Source: Octopus sinensis (Eukaryota). From it: a stretch of 64,000 nt of DNA. Shown here piece by piece: positions 47,676-62,269 of the stretch. Positions within the stretch are counted from its first letter, which is position 1; each line of letters opens with the position of its first letter. The translations under genes and the position numbers were made by a program. The DNA lies in NCBI RefSeq assembly GCF_006345805.1, contig NC_043006.1:88908001-88972000 (forward strand), given 5' to 3'. Below the pieces are notes generated by a model. That model was not told where the DNA came from and searched no databases. It saw only the letters and a list, made by a program, of their open reading frames with translations.

Positions 47676-47782
47676 ACATACATACATACATACATACATA
47701 CATACATACATACATACATACATACATACATACATACATACATACATACATACATACATACATACATACATACATACATACA

Positions 47783-47810
<28 letters not shown>
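47676..47810. repeat. (CATA)n microsatellite
   Basis: Perfect tetranucleotide run. Confidence 0.95.
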
Positions 47811-47813
<3 letters not shown>

Positions 47814-48460
47814 TACTGCTAGGCATTAGCAGGAATATTTTCTTTTAAGAGATTTTTGTGTGTTTAAAAACAGAAGACTCGCTGTGACTGATTTCAACGA
47901 TTGTCAGACACCGGCCAGTGTTTTGGTATGACTTTGCCCTCTCTGTGACGAACTCTCTCAAACATTCTTAACAAAGTTGGAATCTTAGCCGCAAATAGAA
48001 ATCAGCAAAAATGTAATTCACTGATTGATACTAAAGCTGTCCGGGCTTAAATTTTTACATATCTATATGTTATAAATACTATACACATCATTATATTAAT
48101 CTAATATTTTTTTTAATTATTTTAGCCTTGCCATTTTTCAAACATATCTAATTTCTATCTTCGTAAAAAGTTAGCGATTTAGCTCTGAATGTAAGGCCCC
48201 AGTATTTTGACCAAATCAAGCCAAAACACCGACATCTGTTCGAGCTTTATGTTTTTAACACACAAAATCTCTGAAGAGAAACTCCTTTCAGATAAAATAT
48301 TACAGCTAGCTTCATACCACGTTTGTATATTCATTACAAATATTATACACCTCGTCTTATGAATACATATATATAATATAAATTAAATTAGAAATTTGAT
48401 TTAATTCTAAATCTAATTTTTCCCTGTAAGTTTGGATATACTCCCTAATATTATTATTAT

Positions 48461-48534
<74 letters not shown>

Positions 48535-48617
48535 CTCTTAACACAAACGAAAGTTGAAATAATACATTCTTTTGTGCAGATAAATAGACAGATAGAGAGA
48601 CATAGACAGACAGATAA

Positions 48618-49019
48618 AAGCGGCGCAGTGTGCCTTTGTGATAAGAATTTTTTCCCAACCACAGGGTTTCGGGTTCAGTCCTACTGCGTGGAGCCTTGGT
48701 CAAGTGTCTTCTACCATAGCCTCGGGCCGACCAGAATATTGTGAGCGGATTTGATAGACAGAAATAGAAAAGAAGCCCCTCATGTATATGTGTATTTATG
48801 TGAGTGACTTTGTGTCTGAGTTTACCCTACCCCACCATCACTTGACAACCGATGTTGGAGTGTTTACATCCCTGTAACTTAGTGGTTCAGGCAAAAGTGA
48901 GTGCTAGAATAAGTACCGGGCTTACAAAGAATAAATCCTGGAATCGATTACTTCGACTAAAAGGTGGTGCTCCAGCTTGGCTGCAGTCAAATGACTGAAA
49001 CAAGTAAAAGAATAAAAGA

Positions 49020-49020
<1 letters not shown>
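48618..49020 (+). mobile_element. SINE family 1, near full length
   Basis: tRNA-like head (GGTTCAGTCC, B-box-like), central body, and tail GGTGGTGCTCCAGC...CAGTCAAATGACTGAAACAAGTAAAAG. Confidence 0.85.
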
Positions 49021-49068
<48 letters not shown>

Positions 49069-50239
49069 CTCGTCTTAATACAAACTAAACGAGAAATACG
49101 CAATACGTATATTTGCATGTATGTATGTGTGTATGTGTGTGTGTGTGCGCGCGCGCGTATGAGCTTGTACCACAGTATTCTAAGCAGTTTTCTTCAGCTA
49201 CATTTCACGCGCTCACAAAATCTTGTTCCAACGGAAAGTATAGGAGAAAATATTTCCCCAAAGGACAGGGGACCACGCAAGGTGATCCGAGTTGGAACCC
49301 ATGTAGTCGGAGAACAAGTTTCTTAATCACGCAGCCAACGCTATTGCTTTTGCATTTTATTAGTCTTCACCCTGTTGGAATTACAATTTAACAAATATAA
49401 ATCAGTAGAATTTGCCGTCGGGAATATTCAGGAATTATCAATGCTTACTCGGTTAAATGATAGAAAATAATACGCGGTGGCAGCAGAGGGAGGGAAGCTT
49501 CGTTTAATCAGTTGATTAGAGATTGGAAGCGAAGGATTTTTCAAGCAATGTCATGCAGGAAATGCAATTTACTAAATTACGAAATGTATATATATATACA
49601 TTTTGTAATGTATATATATATATATATATATGAAATACACAGACATTTACGCGTATGCGTATATACATATATATTTGTGTGTATGTATACATATATGTAT
49701 TATGTGTAACTTAAGTTATATGTATGCAAATGAATATACATGTGTACCGTATAATTTGCATGCATTTGTTTGTAAATAAGTTTTTTGATTTTAGTTTTTT
49801 TTTTCTACCTTGTGTGTTTGAGCACACATTATGCATGCTCGTGCAAAACATTGATTTGTGGATGGTAGCTCCTGGTGTCGTTATCGCATTTCAATAGAGC
49901 TTAGAGTGAACAAAAAGAACTTAGAAATAACAATAGAACACGTAATATTACGTATTGATCTGTATACTGCAAGGATTACTGCGTTGGTGCACAGCTAGAT
50001 ATTTATTGCACTTTAACTTAGCATCGATGACATTGTTGCTGCCCAACACTGCAACCAAAAAATACCCGAAGAAATATCAACGAGTGATTAATTTACTCGA
50101 ATTTTACTTTCGTGTCTTTCGAATCATCGTAGATGGCGCTGGATCTGTTAAACATTTGACCTTATTTGGTTTTTGTTGCGGTTTGTTTTAAATTTCTTTT
50201 TGGGTTGGAAGGAAAATGAGAAAGAAGGAATCGTTTTTA

Positions 50240-50512
50240 TTGACGCTGTTGTTCTTGTTGTTGTTGTTCTTCTTCTTTATCATCATCATCATCTTCTTCT
50301 TCTTCTTCTTCTTCTTCTTCTTCTTCTTCTTCTTCTCTTCTTCTTCTCCTTCTTCTTCTTCTGCTTCTTCTTCTTCTGTTAATGTTGTTGATATTCTTTT
50401 AAAAGACACTCCTTATAGCGTTACATTATTACATCATAGATATAGGAGTTTTACGTCAAAATCTAATTCCTCAACGAAAACAAGAACAAAAATAGAAGCA
50501 AAATTAATAATG

Positions 50513-50550
<38 letters not shown>

Positions 50551-50696
50551 TATAATAATAACAACGATAATAATAATATCAACATCAGTAGTAGTAGTAG
50601 TAGTAGTAGTATAGTAGTAGTAGCAGCAGCAGCAGCAGCAGCAGTAGTAGGAGGAGGAGGAGGAGGACGGGGATTATTATTATTATTACTATTATG

Positions 50697-50735
<39 letters not shown>

Positions 50736-50740
50736 GTTAT
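50240..50740. repeat. Cluster of trinucleotide microsatellites (TTG, ATC, TTC, AAT, AGT, AGC, AGG, ATT)
   Basis: Consecutive triplet runs. Confidence 0.9.
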
Positions 50741-52049
50741 CATCCTAATTTAGTAGTCTCATTTTTATCACATGCTTTCACTGCACTACTGAACGCAGCT
50801 CTGTAAACCTTAGCTGTGTGCTGTAGTTTGTTCTGATGCTCTTAATTTTACTGTATTGAAAGTGTTTCATGTATGACTAGCTGACGTAATTCCCGGGAAA
50901 GCGGGGCTTATCCCTTGGTTCCGTTCTCATAATTGTTTTGCTAATCCAATAACGATACAAAGTATGTAGCCCTTAGAGCGATTTTTGTGCATTTACAGAG
51001 AATACTGAACTGTCTTACACAGGATCTTGTTTTTAGGAATTCCCAATAAATTATGAATACCCAAATTGTGAAGTCAGTTATGTAATAACATGAAATTAGT
51101 TACCCGATAGTAAGAATTTAAATAAAGTAGCTCCGAAAAGGGGTTTAATGCGTTCCCAGAGTTTATAGAACTTAGAAAGAAATCCTAATAAGATATGTAT
51201 ACTAATATCGTGAATCCTGTTACATAATAACAGGCTAATCAGATATGCGATAATAACAATTCAAAGTAAGTAACACTGAAAAGGCGCTGGTGTTAGTATA
51301 TTCATGATTAAGTCACTAACCGAAATAAGTGGATATTTATTGTTTAGGAAAATTCTATTTTCGTGTTTAAGGGTTGTACTGGATAAATTGCGAAAGTAGC
51401 TCTAACAGTTCAAATACTAAGAAGTAAGCATACTGAATTTGATTTGTACCAAATAATCTAGGAAAATGAATGGGTTATTTCCCTTGGCTATGTATAATGA
51501 TCCCTTCCAGGAGCGAATGGGTTATTTCATTTGGCTGTTAAAATGAAATATATTAGATATATATCAGGATCCCTTCCAGGAGCCCTATTATCGATTTTTA
51601 AACAATCTGAGTATACCATGAGGTTTCCAGACATGAGTTCTACTCACGTGTCAAGTTTCATTAAAATCGATAAAGTGATGTAGGAGAAGTTAGCTAACAA
51701 CTCCACAAACACACCCGCACGACAAAATTTCCTACATATGTAGTACATGTGTGTGGTGCTTAGTATTGCTATTTTCTGTAAGCCCTGGTGGGTTTTTTTA
51801 TGTATTTTTCTGAATATTATTTTATCATACGTAATGCGCCTACTATGATAGGACTTGTTTCTGTTTTTAGACTCCATATTCGAGTTACTTATATCTCCAG
51901 ATATTTGTATTTTGAAAGTTTACCGTTTCTTTTAGAGAAATATTGTCATCCGTTGGTATTGATATATCGATTAGAAAGCATTTGTTTTCTTAGTGATATC
52001 TGACAACTATATCCGGACTATTGGCCTTCATTTCTCTTTTCTGAGTGTA

Positions 52050-52370
52050 TTGGCATATCCCAGAGTATGGCTCCTTTCTCATAATCTGTGACCTTTTCTG
52101 ACGTGTGCCTTAATATCATTATTTTCTGTTATTATTCCATAGTGTTGGCATAGCTTCCAGTATATACAGGTCCCAACTCTCTCGTGTCTGTGTATATGTT
52201 CCTTCTTAACCAGGACTGGGCAGCCAGAGACAAAATGATTTATTGTTTTTCTCCATCTCCACATGTTCGACAGTTGCATTTCGTATTTCTTTTCAGTACA
52301 CGTTTTTGGTCATTTCTAGCGGGAAAGCTTTGATCTTGTGTTATTGTATTTCTTTTCATTACAAGTTTTT
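52050..52370 (-). mobile_element. RLE-type (R4/Dong-like) LINE fragment, CCHC region
   Basis: CRTCGDGE / TINHFVSGCPVLVKKEHIHRHERVGTCIYWKLCQHYGI. Confidence 0.7.
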
Positions 52371-52428
52371 GTATTATTATTATTATTACAATTATTATTA
52401 TTATCATTATTATTATTATTATTATTAA

Positions 52429-52467
<39 letters not shown>

Positions 52468-52690
52468 CATTATTATTATTATTATTATTATTGAGTGAGA
52501 GAGAAGTGCATGCCATCAAAATGACACTGGGGTAAAATATACGAAGCCCAGTATACCCATCATGACTACCCGTCTGATAAGGTTACACCAGGCACATTCA
52601 TCACAACTATATGTGCGCGACATGGTGATCTCATATCAAGATAAACAGCCCAGTTAGAATTTTCTTCTGGTCGAGTAGCCCATCCCGTTA

Positions 52691-52739
<49 letters not shown>

Positions 52740-53774
52740 CATTGCAATAATAATAATAGTTCTTTATTTCTCTCGCTAGTATAAAACATATGTAGTTACA
52801 AAACTTTTGTTAGTGAATTGTTGCGCTGTTATTTTTAGCCGTTAATATTGCTATTTCTATTATGTCTTCTTGTTATTTCTAATGGCATTCTGAAAATCGT
52901 CCTTATTAATATAAATATCCACAGAAAGATGACTACTTTACTTTTCAAAATGTATCCGCTGTTTTGTACAATATTTTTCCTTTCTTCTTCTGATTATTTT
53001 CTGCATAATTGTCAAAGTTTTCCATTAAAGGGGAGCTTTGCCTCTATCCCTAATAGTTCCTTTATACATATATTTGATCAAACAAAAATTGCCTAAAACG
53101 TACCTTATTTTCCTTGTGAACTCTTTCTGGGCAGATTTCCAAATTCTACGAAAGCATCCTGTTAGAAAATAAACCAAAATATAAGATAATTGTAGACAGC
53201 CATATTTGGCATAATCCAAATCTATGAAGAATTATTGGAGAACACATCTGAACAGGACAGCAGCGTCCGAGTTCCACCGTTTTTCCTAAAATACCCAAAC
53301 AATACTGCAGGCCGTAACACTTTCAATGGAGATAGGTTTGACCTTCGCTTTGAACAGGGTGCTTTCTAGTTGTTGTTTGAAAACTAATTGAAAGGCACAG
53401 CTACTTTTTAAAGTACAGAAATACATGAGTTCACTCTTTGTCTATTGTTGCACACACTGGTCGATCAACGAAACGCCGCTCTTTTTCTCGGGGACATGCC
53501 TCCAAATACCAAAGAACCCACTTCATTTTGTCGCGCGATCAAAACTACCTCGACATGCAAACGCTTTGTGGAAGAAAACGTGTATATATGCAATTGTTAT
53601 TACAAACAACATCCCTTACAATCTGTGTGGGGCCATCAAATAGTACATAATAACTTCCGATATAAATACTCGTCGTTTGATTGGTTGGTTGGTTGGTTTG
53701 TTGGTTGATTGGTTGACTTCTTCGGTCACGTTTTACACACACACCACACACACACATATATATATGATCGGCCT

Positions 53775-53865
53775 GGAGCTATAATAGAAGACACTTGCCC
53801 AGGGTGCCACGCAGTGGGACTGAACTCGGAAGCATGTGGTTGGCAAGCAAGCTACTTACCACACA
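53775..53865 (-). mobile_element. SINE family 1 head fragment
   Basis: GACACTTGCCCAGGGTGCCACGCAGTGGGACTGAACTCGG. Confidence 0.75.
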
Positions 53866-53925
53866 GCTATACATACATACATACATACATACATACATAC
53901 ATACATACATACATACATACATACA

Positions 53926-54480
53926 TAAGGTGCATTCCAGAAGTTTTGAAACATTCTCAGAGAAGACAGTCATTAATATTAATTTCAAAGAAATACAAAA
54001 ATCTAATATTCATCAAAGTAAGCGCTCCAGCTACTTCGAGAAGGTCCCATAAAAGTCCTCCAAACTGAAGGTATCCAGAACCCTTGCCAGAGCTTCCTTC
54101 ATCCTCTCCTTTAGCTTGGAGAACAACCAACAGTCCCAGAGACTGAAGGAAGGTTGTGGGACAATTTTGTTGCTCATCTCTATCAAGCAGCTGGTTACCA
54201 GAATGGAACTATGAACCGGTGTATAGACCAGGTGCAGGTGCCACTGATCCGAGTAGAAGAACCCAGGCCTTTTGCGATGAAATCTCTTCCTGAACTCCCT
54301 CAAGACCTCCGCTGGGTACTCTTTGTAGACCGTCTGGCCAAAGGAAACCCAGTAAATGATGCCCTAGCTGTCGAAAAAGGGGTCATCATGAGCTTCCCAG
54401 TGAATTTTCTTGGCCTGACTTCTTGTGTCAGCGAAAAACAGATGGGGTTTTGTCCGACTGCGTTGCATGTTGGGCAAATA
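53926..54480 (-). mobile_element. Decayed mariner transposase 3' fragment
   Basis: MMTPFFDS*GIIY...GQTVYKEY.AEVLREFRKRFHRKRP...QWHLH...HSSILVT...CWLFSKLKE...LEDFYGTF, which matches the DD34D C-terminal region. Confidence 0.8.
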
Positions 54481-55113
54481 TCTTTTGCTGTAGACTCAAC
54501 TTGTGCAATGCTTTGTGAGTTATGTAGAAGGAAACTTTGTAGAAGCCCGTCGCATAGGTGCATGTTTCTTTGCATCTATGTTTGTCCCTACCGCCACCAT
54601 CATTAGGTGTTTGTTTACATCCCGTAACTTAGTATTTCCGCAAAGAAATGATAGAATACTAGATTTGAAAAATATAAACAAAATACTGGGATTGATTTGT
54701 TTGACCAGAAATTATTCAAGGTGGTACCCCATGATGGTCACAGTCCAATAAATGGAAGAAATGAAACGTCAAAAAAAAACAAGATTGAATAGATTCGCTT
54801 TATGAAAGCGAAAAGTCGACTACACCGGGTGGACTTGAACTCAAAAAGTGGCAGATCAGAACTAATTATTGTAGGCTATTTCATCTAATGAGACGCCAAT
54901 GTGTCTGCTTCTCCACTTTCGTCTATGAAAACCATAAATATATAGATGGAAGCTAAAGGAATTGATTATTTCAATATCTTCGTGAGTCAGTCGAAACCTA
55001 TAAAGAAATATGAAGTTTTAACGATTAAATATAATTCTTCAGATTAAGGTAGAGTTAAAATATTGCTCTCTCTCTCTCTCTCCCTCTCTCTCTCTATCTA
55101 TCTATATCTATCT

Positions 55114-55164
<51 letters not shown>

Positions 55165-55328
55165 CGGTCGTGTTATTCTTTGCTCCGCAGTGAAAGATTG
55201 TTTTTGTGCTGAAAAGTTTGAAAATTTGCTGTTTTGGTCGTCGAGGCCACTTCTTTTCTGCTGTTGCAGCAGAGTTTTGCTGTTGTTTCCCCCTTGTTTC
55301 AAGGGGGAAGTGACGAAAAGACACGAAT

Positions 55329-56933
55329 TTGCAACCAGTCTCCTCCGAGTCGGAGGAAAACGTTGAAAATTTGTTTGAAGGCATGAAGGCGAAAATGCGG
55401 GAGGAGGAAGGTAGAAGTAAAGAGTCGTCTCACGCGAGCGTTACAAAAGCAGACGACAATATGTCTGGCGAAGCTAGTAAACGACAAGAAAAGGCAAAAA
55501 TAAATTTTGCGAGTGCAGCAACTCGCCCCTGTGAAAACATCGTTATTAACAAAGAAGGATTAAAGAAGTACAAAAGTTTATTAAAAAAAGGTGATAATGT
55601 GAAGTTGTTCCCTCCCAGTGAATTAATTTACGCGACGGAGAGAAAAACTGTCATATACAAGACTTATAATGTCAAAAATAAGAAAATTGACTTCGTACAG
55701 AGAGAAGCCATTGAAAAATGTTTGAGGCCGATATGGCAACAAACAAGTTATATAACAAGGGGTAGTCGCTTCGGCACGGTAGAGGTGCGTTTCCCTAGCG
55801 AAGAAATAGCTAGGGAACATTCAACAAGAACGTTGAAGTCGGAAGAGTAGTTCTTTTACCATTTTATTTAGGAATGAGAACTAGTAGAATAACGGTTACG
55901 GACATTCCGCCCGAAATAGATGTGGACTTCATAACAGCAGCGATTCTCTTAGGCAAAGAGGAAGAAATTGCCATTCTTCAGTCTAAAAGATATCGCCCCA
56001 CAACCTGGTATGGACAGGACTTAGAGCTTGTGATCCAAGCGAACCCCTCGGACTTGGAAAAATTGCCAAGCTCCCTCACCATTGGAGATACCACCTTGAT
56101 GGTAATAGTCGAGGGAAGAAAACCGAGATGCTATAAATGTGGCGAGAAAGGCCACATACGGTCGAGCTGTAAGAAGACAGCGAAGAAAATACTACAGAGG
56201 CAAGCACGACGCCGAAAACAACTTCACCGCTAGAAATAGCAGCCACGTCGCGCACCCCAATTGCCGAAATTCAGCCGACAACGGGAGAAAACAACGACAA
56301 CAACGATGACAACAACATCAACAACATCCAGGAGTGGGTCAACGTGGAAGCTTCAAAAAGAAGACGGAAACGGAAAAATCCACCCTCTTCGGATACACAG
56401 GACTATACTCTGACACAGACAAGCACACCCACACCCACAAATACAGTCGCAAACACACACGTAGCCAAAAAACACACCACACTGGAAAAAGCACACACAA
56501 ACACTCACACACCTACCACAAGCACGCACACACCTACAGACACCCACGCTTCTACAAGCACACACACAACCCACAAACACCACACACAGCCCCCTCCACA
56601 ATCACCTAACAAAAAAAAAGAAACACCTTCACGGTGATAAATAAAAACAATAACCCATTAAGGGAAAAAATTAATTTACTGAAATCGGCGAAAAAATATA
56701 TCGCAACAGATATAAATTGTATTATATCCGAAAATGTAGAATTTTATACGATAGATAACGAGGATTATTTTGAAATTAAAAAATCTTTTGCGGAGGATGT
56801 AGGCCCGTTACAGATGAACTTTTCAAGCCATCTGTACAAGCAATTCGCAAAAAAACTGACCTCGCAAAACACAACACTCACAGACAGAGAAGATAAGGGT
56901 GAAACTACACCCTCTCTTCCGTTAAAACAGTAA
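55329..56933 (+). pseudogene. T3 ORF1 (interrupted)
   Basis: Pieces at 55329-55850, 55874-56233 and 56634-56933; CCHC knuckle. Confidence 0.75.
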
Positions 56934-56959
56934 GTTTTAAACATTCAACTAAATTTTCA

Positions 56960-59900
56960 CATTCTCGTTTAAACTCGGTTGTATAAATATTCGCGGCCTG
57001 GGGTCGTATTGGAAGCAAGGCTACCTCCTTAACGACCTTAGGTCGCATCGTTTGGATGTAGTGGTAATTACCGAATCCAGACTGAGTGGGCTGCAGGCTT
57101 TTTCGCCCCTTCTAAACGGCTACGAGAAATACATTTCTCCCTGTCGACCTGGAGGGGGAGGAGGAGTGGCAGTGCTGGTCAGGAAAAACCGGATTTAGAG
57201 ATTAGAACTGTCTTTATAGATCCGGAAGGCAGGTTGGTCGTTTTGGATGTGACGCACAGCAGTGGTAAAGTGTTCAGGCTGGTCGCTGTCTATGCTCCCT
57301 GCGAAGGAAAAGCCGGGCAGAGAGAGTATTTCAAAAGCCTAGAGAATTTTCTTGGCACGTCGAACACGTTAGTATTGCTAGGTGACTTCAACATAATTTG
57401 CGATGCAAGCGTAGATTATGTTGGCTCAAGAAAGAATACGAGGGGATTACCTCACCTCAACGATATGCTAAGTCGTTTCGAATTGGCAGATAGATTCAGA
57501 CTGGACCATCCAGACATTCCAGAGTGGACATGGGCAAGAAACGACGGGTCGTCCAGATCTTATATCGATAGAATCATAACTATAAGGAAAGATAAGAAAA
57601 TACTTAGCTCTCCACAACACCATATCGTCAGCTACAGCGATCACAAATTAGTGACCTGTACGCTCGACATAGATAGCATGTGTAGACGAGGTACCGGCTA
57701 CTGGAAGCTAAACAAGTCACTATTGGACTGTGAAGCCTACAGGAATCGGATTAAGCAATTAGTAATGAGGGCGTTAACCGGATTCATTATCAACAATAAA
57801 TGGTGGTACGCCCTGAAAAGAGCCATCAAATTTGAGTCAATTAGGTTTAGCAAAGAACTAGCTAGTGCTAGAAACAAAGTAGAAAAGGAACTAGTTAAGG
57901 CTATAGAGGAGGCAATGAGGTCAGGCTGTGCATCGAAAGTGTTAGCGGCGAGGTTAGCACTAGACCAACATCTCCAGCTAAACATGAAGGGTGCATTATT
58001 AGGGCTAAGATCCGTGCAATGAGACAGGAAGGGATCAACGCAGCCGGATGGGCCCGGGTGGTAGAGGGCCAGCGTGGCAACAACTCAACCATTCGATCCT
58101 TGACGGGCCCAAATGGTCGATTAGTAACGAACCCGAGGAGATGTGCAAGGTGTTCATGATCATTTCGCCCAGCTATTCGGGAGGAGCGGCGAGCTGGAGC
58201 GCGGGGAGAAGCTCGCAGACTTCCTAGCCGGTTCGCCGCGTCTATCGGGGCCGGACGCGGAATCTTGTGAGGCGCGATCACAGCCAAAGAAGTCGAGGAT
58301 ATGTTGGCAGAATGCGGCGGGGACAAATCGCCGGGACTCGATGGTCTGCCTTACGAACTCTATAGTAGCATGCCAGACTTGTTTGGGCACCTACTTGCAT
58401 GCGTGTACACCAACTGGCAGCAGAACGGGAGAATTCCTAAGTCTGTGAGCAGAGGGTGGTAGCGTTGTTAAGAAAGGACCCAAACAAGGGGGATTTAATT
58501 GATAATTTCCGGCCTATCACTCTGCTTAACGCAGAGTTGAAGATCTTGGCCAAGGTCTTAGCAAAAAGGTTGGCGAGGGTCGTGGGTGAACTTGTTGGCG
58601 AGGCGCAAACTTGCGCCATCCTGGAAGGACCATCCACGACAATCTCCACTTTCTACGCTATGCCTTAGAAAGGGTAAATAGGATCCTGGCAAGGGTGGGG
58701 CTATGGTCCACTTGGACCAATCGAAAGTATTTGATAGGGTGGACCATCAGTATCTGGCGCGGTCCTCGCGGCGGCTGGCTTCGGCCCGACCTTCGCGGAT
58801 GGATCATCGCTTTATACAGCAACATCGAATCGGTAGTTCGGGTAAATGGTTTCCTTTCGGAGCCGTTCAGCATTGAACGTTCGGTACGTCAAGGGTGTCC
58901 TCTCTCCCCGCTTCTCTACGTTTTGGCCCTCGAGCCGTTGCTGAGGAGGTTGGAAACTATGAGAGGCACCCCGCAAGATCTAGGGTGCAGAAAGTCAGCT
59001 TCGGCGTATGCGGACGACATCACCGTCATCGTTTCCCGAGTCGAGCACCTACAGTGGGTGGGTGAGGCCTTAAGGGACTACGAAGCGGTGGCAGGAGCGA
59101 AAGTCAACCGGGATAAATCGGTCGGCTTGTAACTCGGCACCTGGAGGGGCAAGTCGATGTCTTCCGACAGCGTCGTAGGACGTTGGACGGAAGGACCGGT
59201 GAAAATGCTTGGGATCTGGTTAGGTCCAGATCTCCAGATAGAGAAGAACTGGAGCGAGGTGGCGAGAAAGGTGGCTCTCCTAACTCAGACATGGTCTGAG
59301 CGGAAGGGCGGAGGTTGCAGAAGTGTTTATCGCCTCTGTAATCACTTACCGCCTAACCGTAGTGCCTTGCCCCGATTCGTGGCTGAACAAACTGGAACGC
59401 ATGCTCTTTCGCTTTTTGTGGAGGGGCAGCAGACCTCTTGTAAGGCGCTCTATTTGCTGCCAAAAGCCGCTGAACGGTGGGTTAGGGATGCCGTGGCTAA
59501 AAATGCGCAGACATGCGCTCAGGCTTAGGCACCTCTGGATTACCTGGACGGTGAGCAGGTGTGGTCTCCGTTTGTCAAGCTGTTATTTCCACAGTTCACA
59601 TCGTTTAACGAACTGAACCCATGGATCAAGTGTAGACCGAGGTTGGGCATGTGGCATGCAGAGTGCTATCAGGCACTCGTGCTTCTCTCCCAGTCGGGCA
59701 ACGCCGGTGGCGGGGCTACTACCGCTTTCTTCTATAGAGGGTTAGTAGAGTTTAAGTGTGACGACATCCTAGGAGAAACTCTGGGCTTCGACGAAAATCA
59801 ACTGGCCAGCCTGTTCCAAAGAACATTCGGTCCGGGGCCTATGGATAATTACCAAAAGTCCCTGGCAATGTTACAGAGGAGCTTTACCGGTTCGAGATAA

Positions 59901-60336
59901 GCTCTTTAGACATGGGTGTGCACCTTCGCCGGTTTGTGCAAGATGTAAGAGGGACAGTGAAACTGTCCTGCACGCGATTGTGCAATGCCCCAAGGTGACT
60001 GAACTCTGGACTTATGTCGAACACCTGCTGTCGCATTCGAGAAGAGTACAACTGTCGAGCGAATCTGTAATTAAGATAGTTCCGCCGACCTTCCTGAATA
60101 GGGAGGAGCGAGCCTGTTTTCTTTCGGTAGTTGCTATGGCGAAAGAAAGTAGTGTGGAAGACGAGAGTAAAAGGAATTGCAACAGGCATGTTATCTCCAG
60201 TCTCGAGCTAATCGACTTTTTCGTTTTCCACATGAAACGGAAAATAAGGCTGGAGAAGAAATGCCTGTCGCAAAGTGTGTTTCGTAAAAGATGGAAGTCT
60301 ATAGCAAGTATGTTGCGAGTGAAAGAACCTGTTTAA
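56960..60336 (+). pseudogene. T3 ORF2 APE-RT (interrupted)
   Basis: LGCINIRG, VYAP, LGDFN, SYIDRI, NFRPITLLN, VRQGCPLSPLLY, YADD; multiple frameshifts. Confidence 0.88.
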
Positions 60337-61029
60337 TCGAGAATGTAAAAAAGGATAAAGAAAAGTCTTCAGTGTGAGTATGTGGTTTGTGGGGTCGACC
60401 GCGTCCTCCGCTTCATTTTTTGTTAATCACTCATTCTCATTTAATTGTATATATATTAATTGTTTGTTTATTCATATGTTTCGTCTCATTCGATACCCTG
60501 ACCCCAACGTTTGTTTTGTCCCCTCTTTTTCTCAACCTTATGGTGAATAAAGAAATACTCTCTCTCTCTTCTAGCCTACATACCTTACCCTCTCTCACTC
60601 TCTCTTTCTATTTTACAATAGTTCTGTCTCTCTTACCTTTTCTTTATCTCTATCTCTTTCCTTATATTCCTATTCATTTCTGTATCTTACCCTTCCCTAT
60701 CCCTCTTGAATAACAGATCAATAAAAGTTTATAGTTTATGTACCATATATTTATACAAATTTACATATACAAGGATTTATATAATGCGTGTGTATACATA
60801 CATACATACATCCATACATACATACAAATATTTGTATGTGTGTATGTCCATAGTTACGTTTATAAATGCATGTGTATACGTATGTATATACATATACATG
60901 TATATATATATTTATATATATATATATATAATAAAATATTAGGGAATAAATCCAAACTTACAGGGAAAATCAGATTTAGGATTGAATCCAATTTTATAGT
61001 AAAATATTATATTATATTAAATTAGAGAT

Positions 61030-61070
<41 letters not shown>

Positions 61071-61544
61071 TATATAAGTACAAGTATATATGTGCAAGTA
61101 TGTGTTACGTATTTCTAAGCTATAGACAGATATATAGATAGATAGATGCGCATACATATATTTATATATATATATACACACAGATATATCAATATATGTA
61201 CATATGCACACACTCACACACAAACACACACACACACATATATGCAAATTTATATGTATACATATGTAATTATGTGTGCTTGCACATGTGCATGTGTGTG
61301 TAGATGTACGCATATGTGAATTTATATGTGCTACATACATCTTAAACAGGTTGTTTATTGAAAAGATATGCATTATGAAAGTGTTTAATGATAAATTGTT
61401 ACTTATTTAATCATAATTACATCTTTCCATTTGTCATCGAGAATTGATTATGCACTCCCACTGTGATTTCTATTGCTGTGTGTGCTCCTGCTGTAAGTTC
61501 TGTTGAGTACTCCTGCTCTCAGCAGCTTCTATCGATATTATGTA

Positions 61545-61868
61545 CTAACTAACTGGCACTCCGTTGGTTACGAAGACGAGGTTGTCAGTTGATCCGATCA
61601 ACGGAACAGCCTGCTAGTGAAATTAACGTGCATGTGGCTGAGCACTCCAGAGACACGCGTACCCTTAACGTAGTTCTCGGGAAGGTAAATCGTGACACAG
61701 AGTGTAACACAGTTTGAAATACAGGTACTACTCACTTTTGCCAGCTGGGTGCACTGTAGCAATGTGGAATAAAATGTCTTATTCAAGGATACAAGGCGTC
61801 GCCAGGAATTGAACTCACGATCTTACGATCGGGAGTCGAATACGCTAACCACTAAGCCACGCACCTTC
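61545..61868 (-). mobile_element. tRNA-derived SINE, family 3
   Basis: Minus-strand head GAAGGTGCGTGGCTTAGTGG (A box)...GAGTTCAATTCC (B box). Confidence 0.75.
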
Positions 61869-62039
61869 ATTCATTGATACTATGTACCACCATTCTAAAT
61901 AACCCTCACTGATCAAGCCATTGAGAAAAATTCTGAGATTGCTCGGTTTATCAGAGATAACAGTCAAATTTCGCTTAAATCATACCCTACTCTCTTTAAA
62001 ATCTGAGCACAGTGAATCATATTTTCTCCTGGAAACATA

Positions 62040-62235
62040 AAGCCTCAAATTTTGGGGAAAGGATTAAGTCGATTACATCGACCCCAGTGCGTAACTGGTA
62101 CTTATTTAATCGAACCACGAAAGGATGAGAGGTAAAGTCGACCTCGGCAGAATTTGAACTCAGAATGTAGCGGCAGACGAAATACCTCTAAGCATTTCGC
62201 CCGGCGTGCAAACAATTCTGCCAGCTCCCCGCCTT
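62040..62235 (-). mobile_element. tRNA-derived SINE, family 2
   Basis: Minus strand AAGGCGGGGAGCTGGCAGAAT...GAGTTCAAATTCTGCCGAGGTCGAC...; homologous to 62900-63075 and the 47180-47250 fragment. Confidence 0.8.
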
Positions 62236-62269
62236 AGTATATTGAATGATATAGACAGAAGTACACCAT

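Larger units (their letters stand above)
55161..60557 (+). mobile_element. Full-length decayed Tx1-clade LINE (element T3) inserted in a (TC)n run
   Basis: (TC)n on both sides (55119-55160 and 60558-60568); ORF1 knuckle VEGRKPRCYKCGEKGHIRSSC; ORF2 APE and RT clearly homologous to T1; 3' end TGAATAAAGAAATA. Confidence 0.9.

Noticed and set aside
50188-50614. Poly-E/K/N and poly-F/I ORFs
   Set aside because: Trinucleotide microsatellites.
61800-61868. tRNA gene
   Set aside because: It has A and B boxes but continues into a SINE body and lacks a proper acceptor stem; treated as a SINE head.
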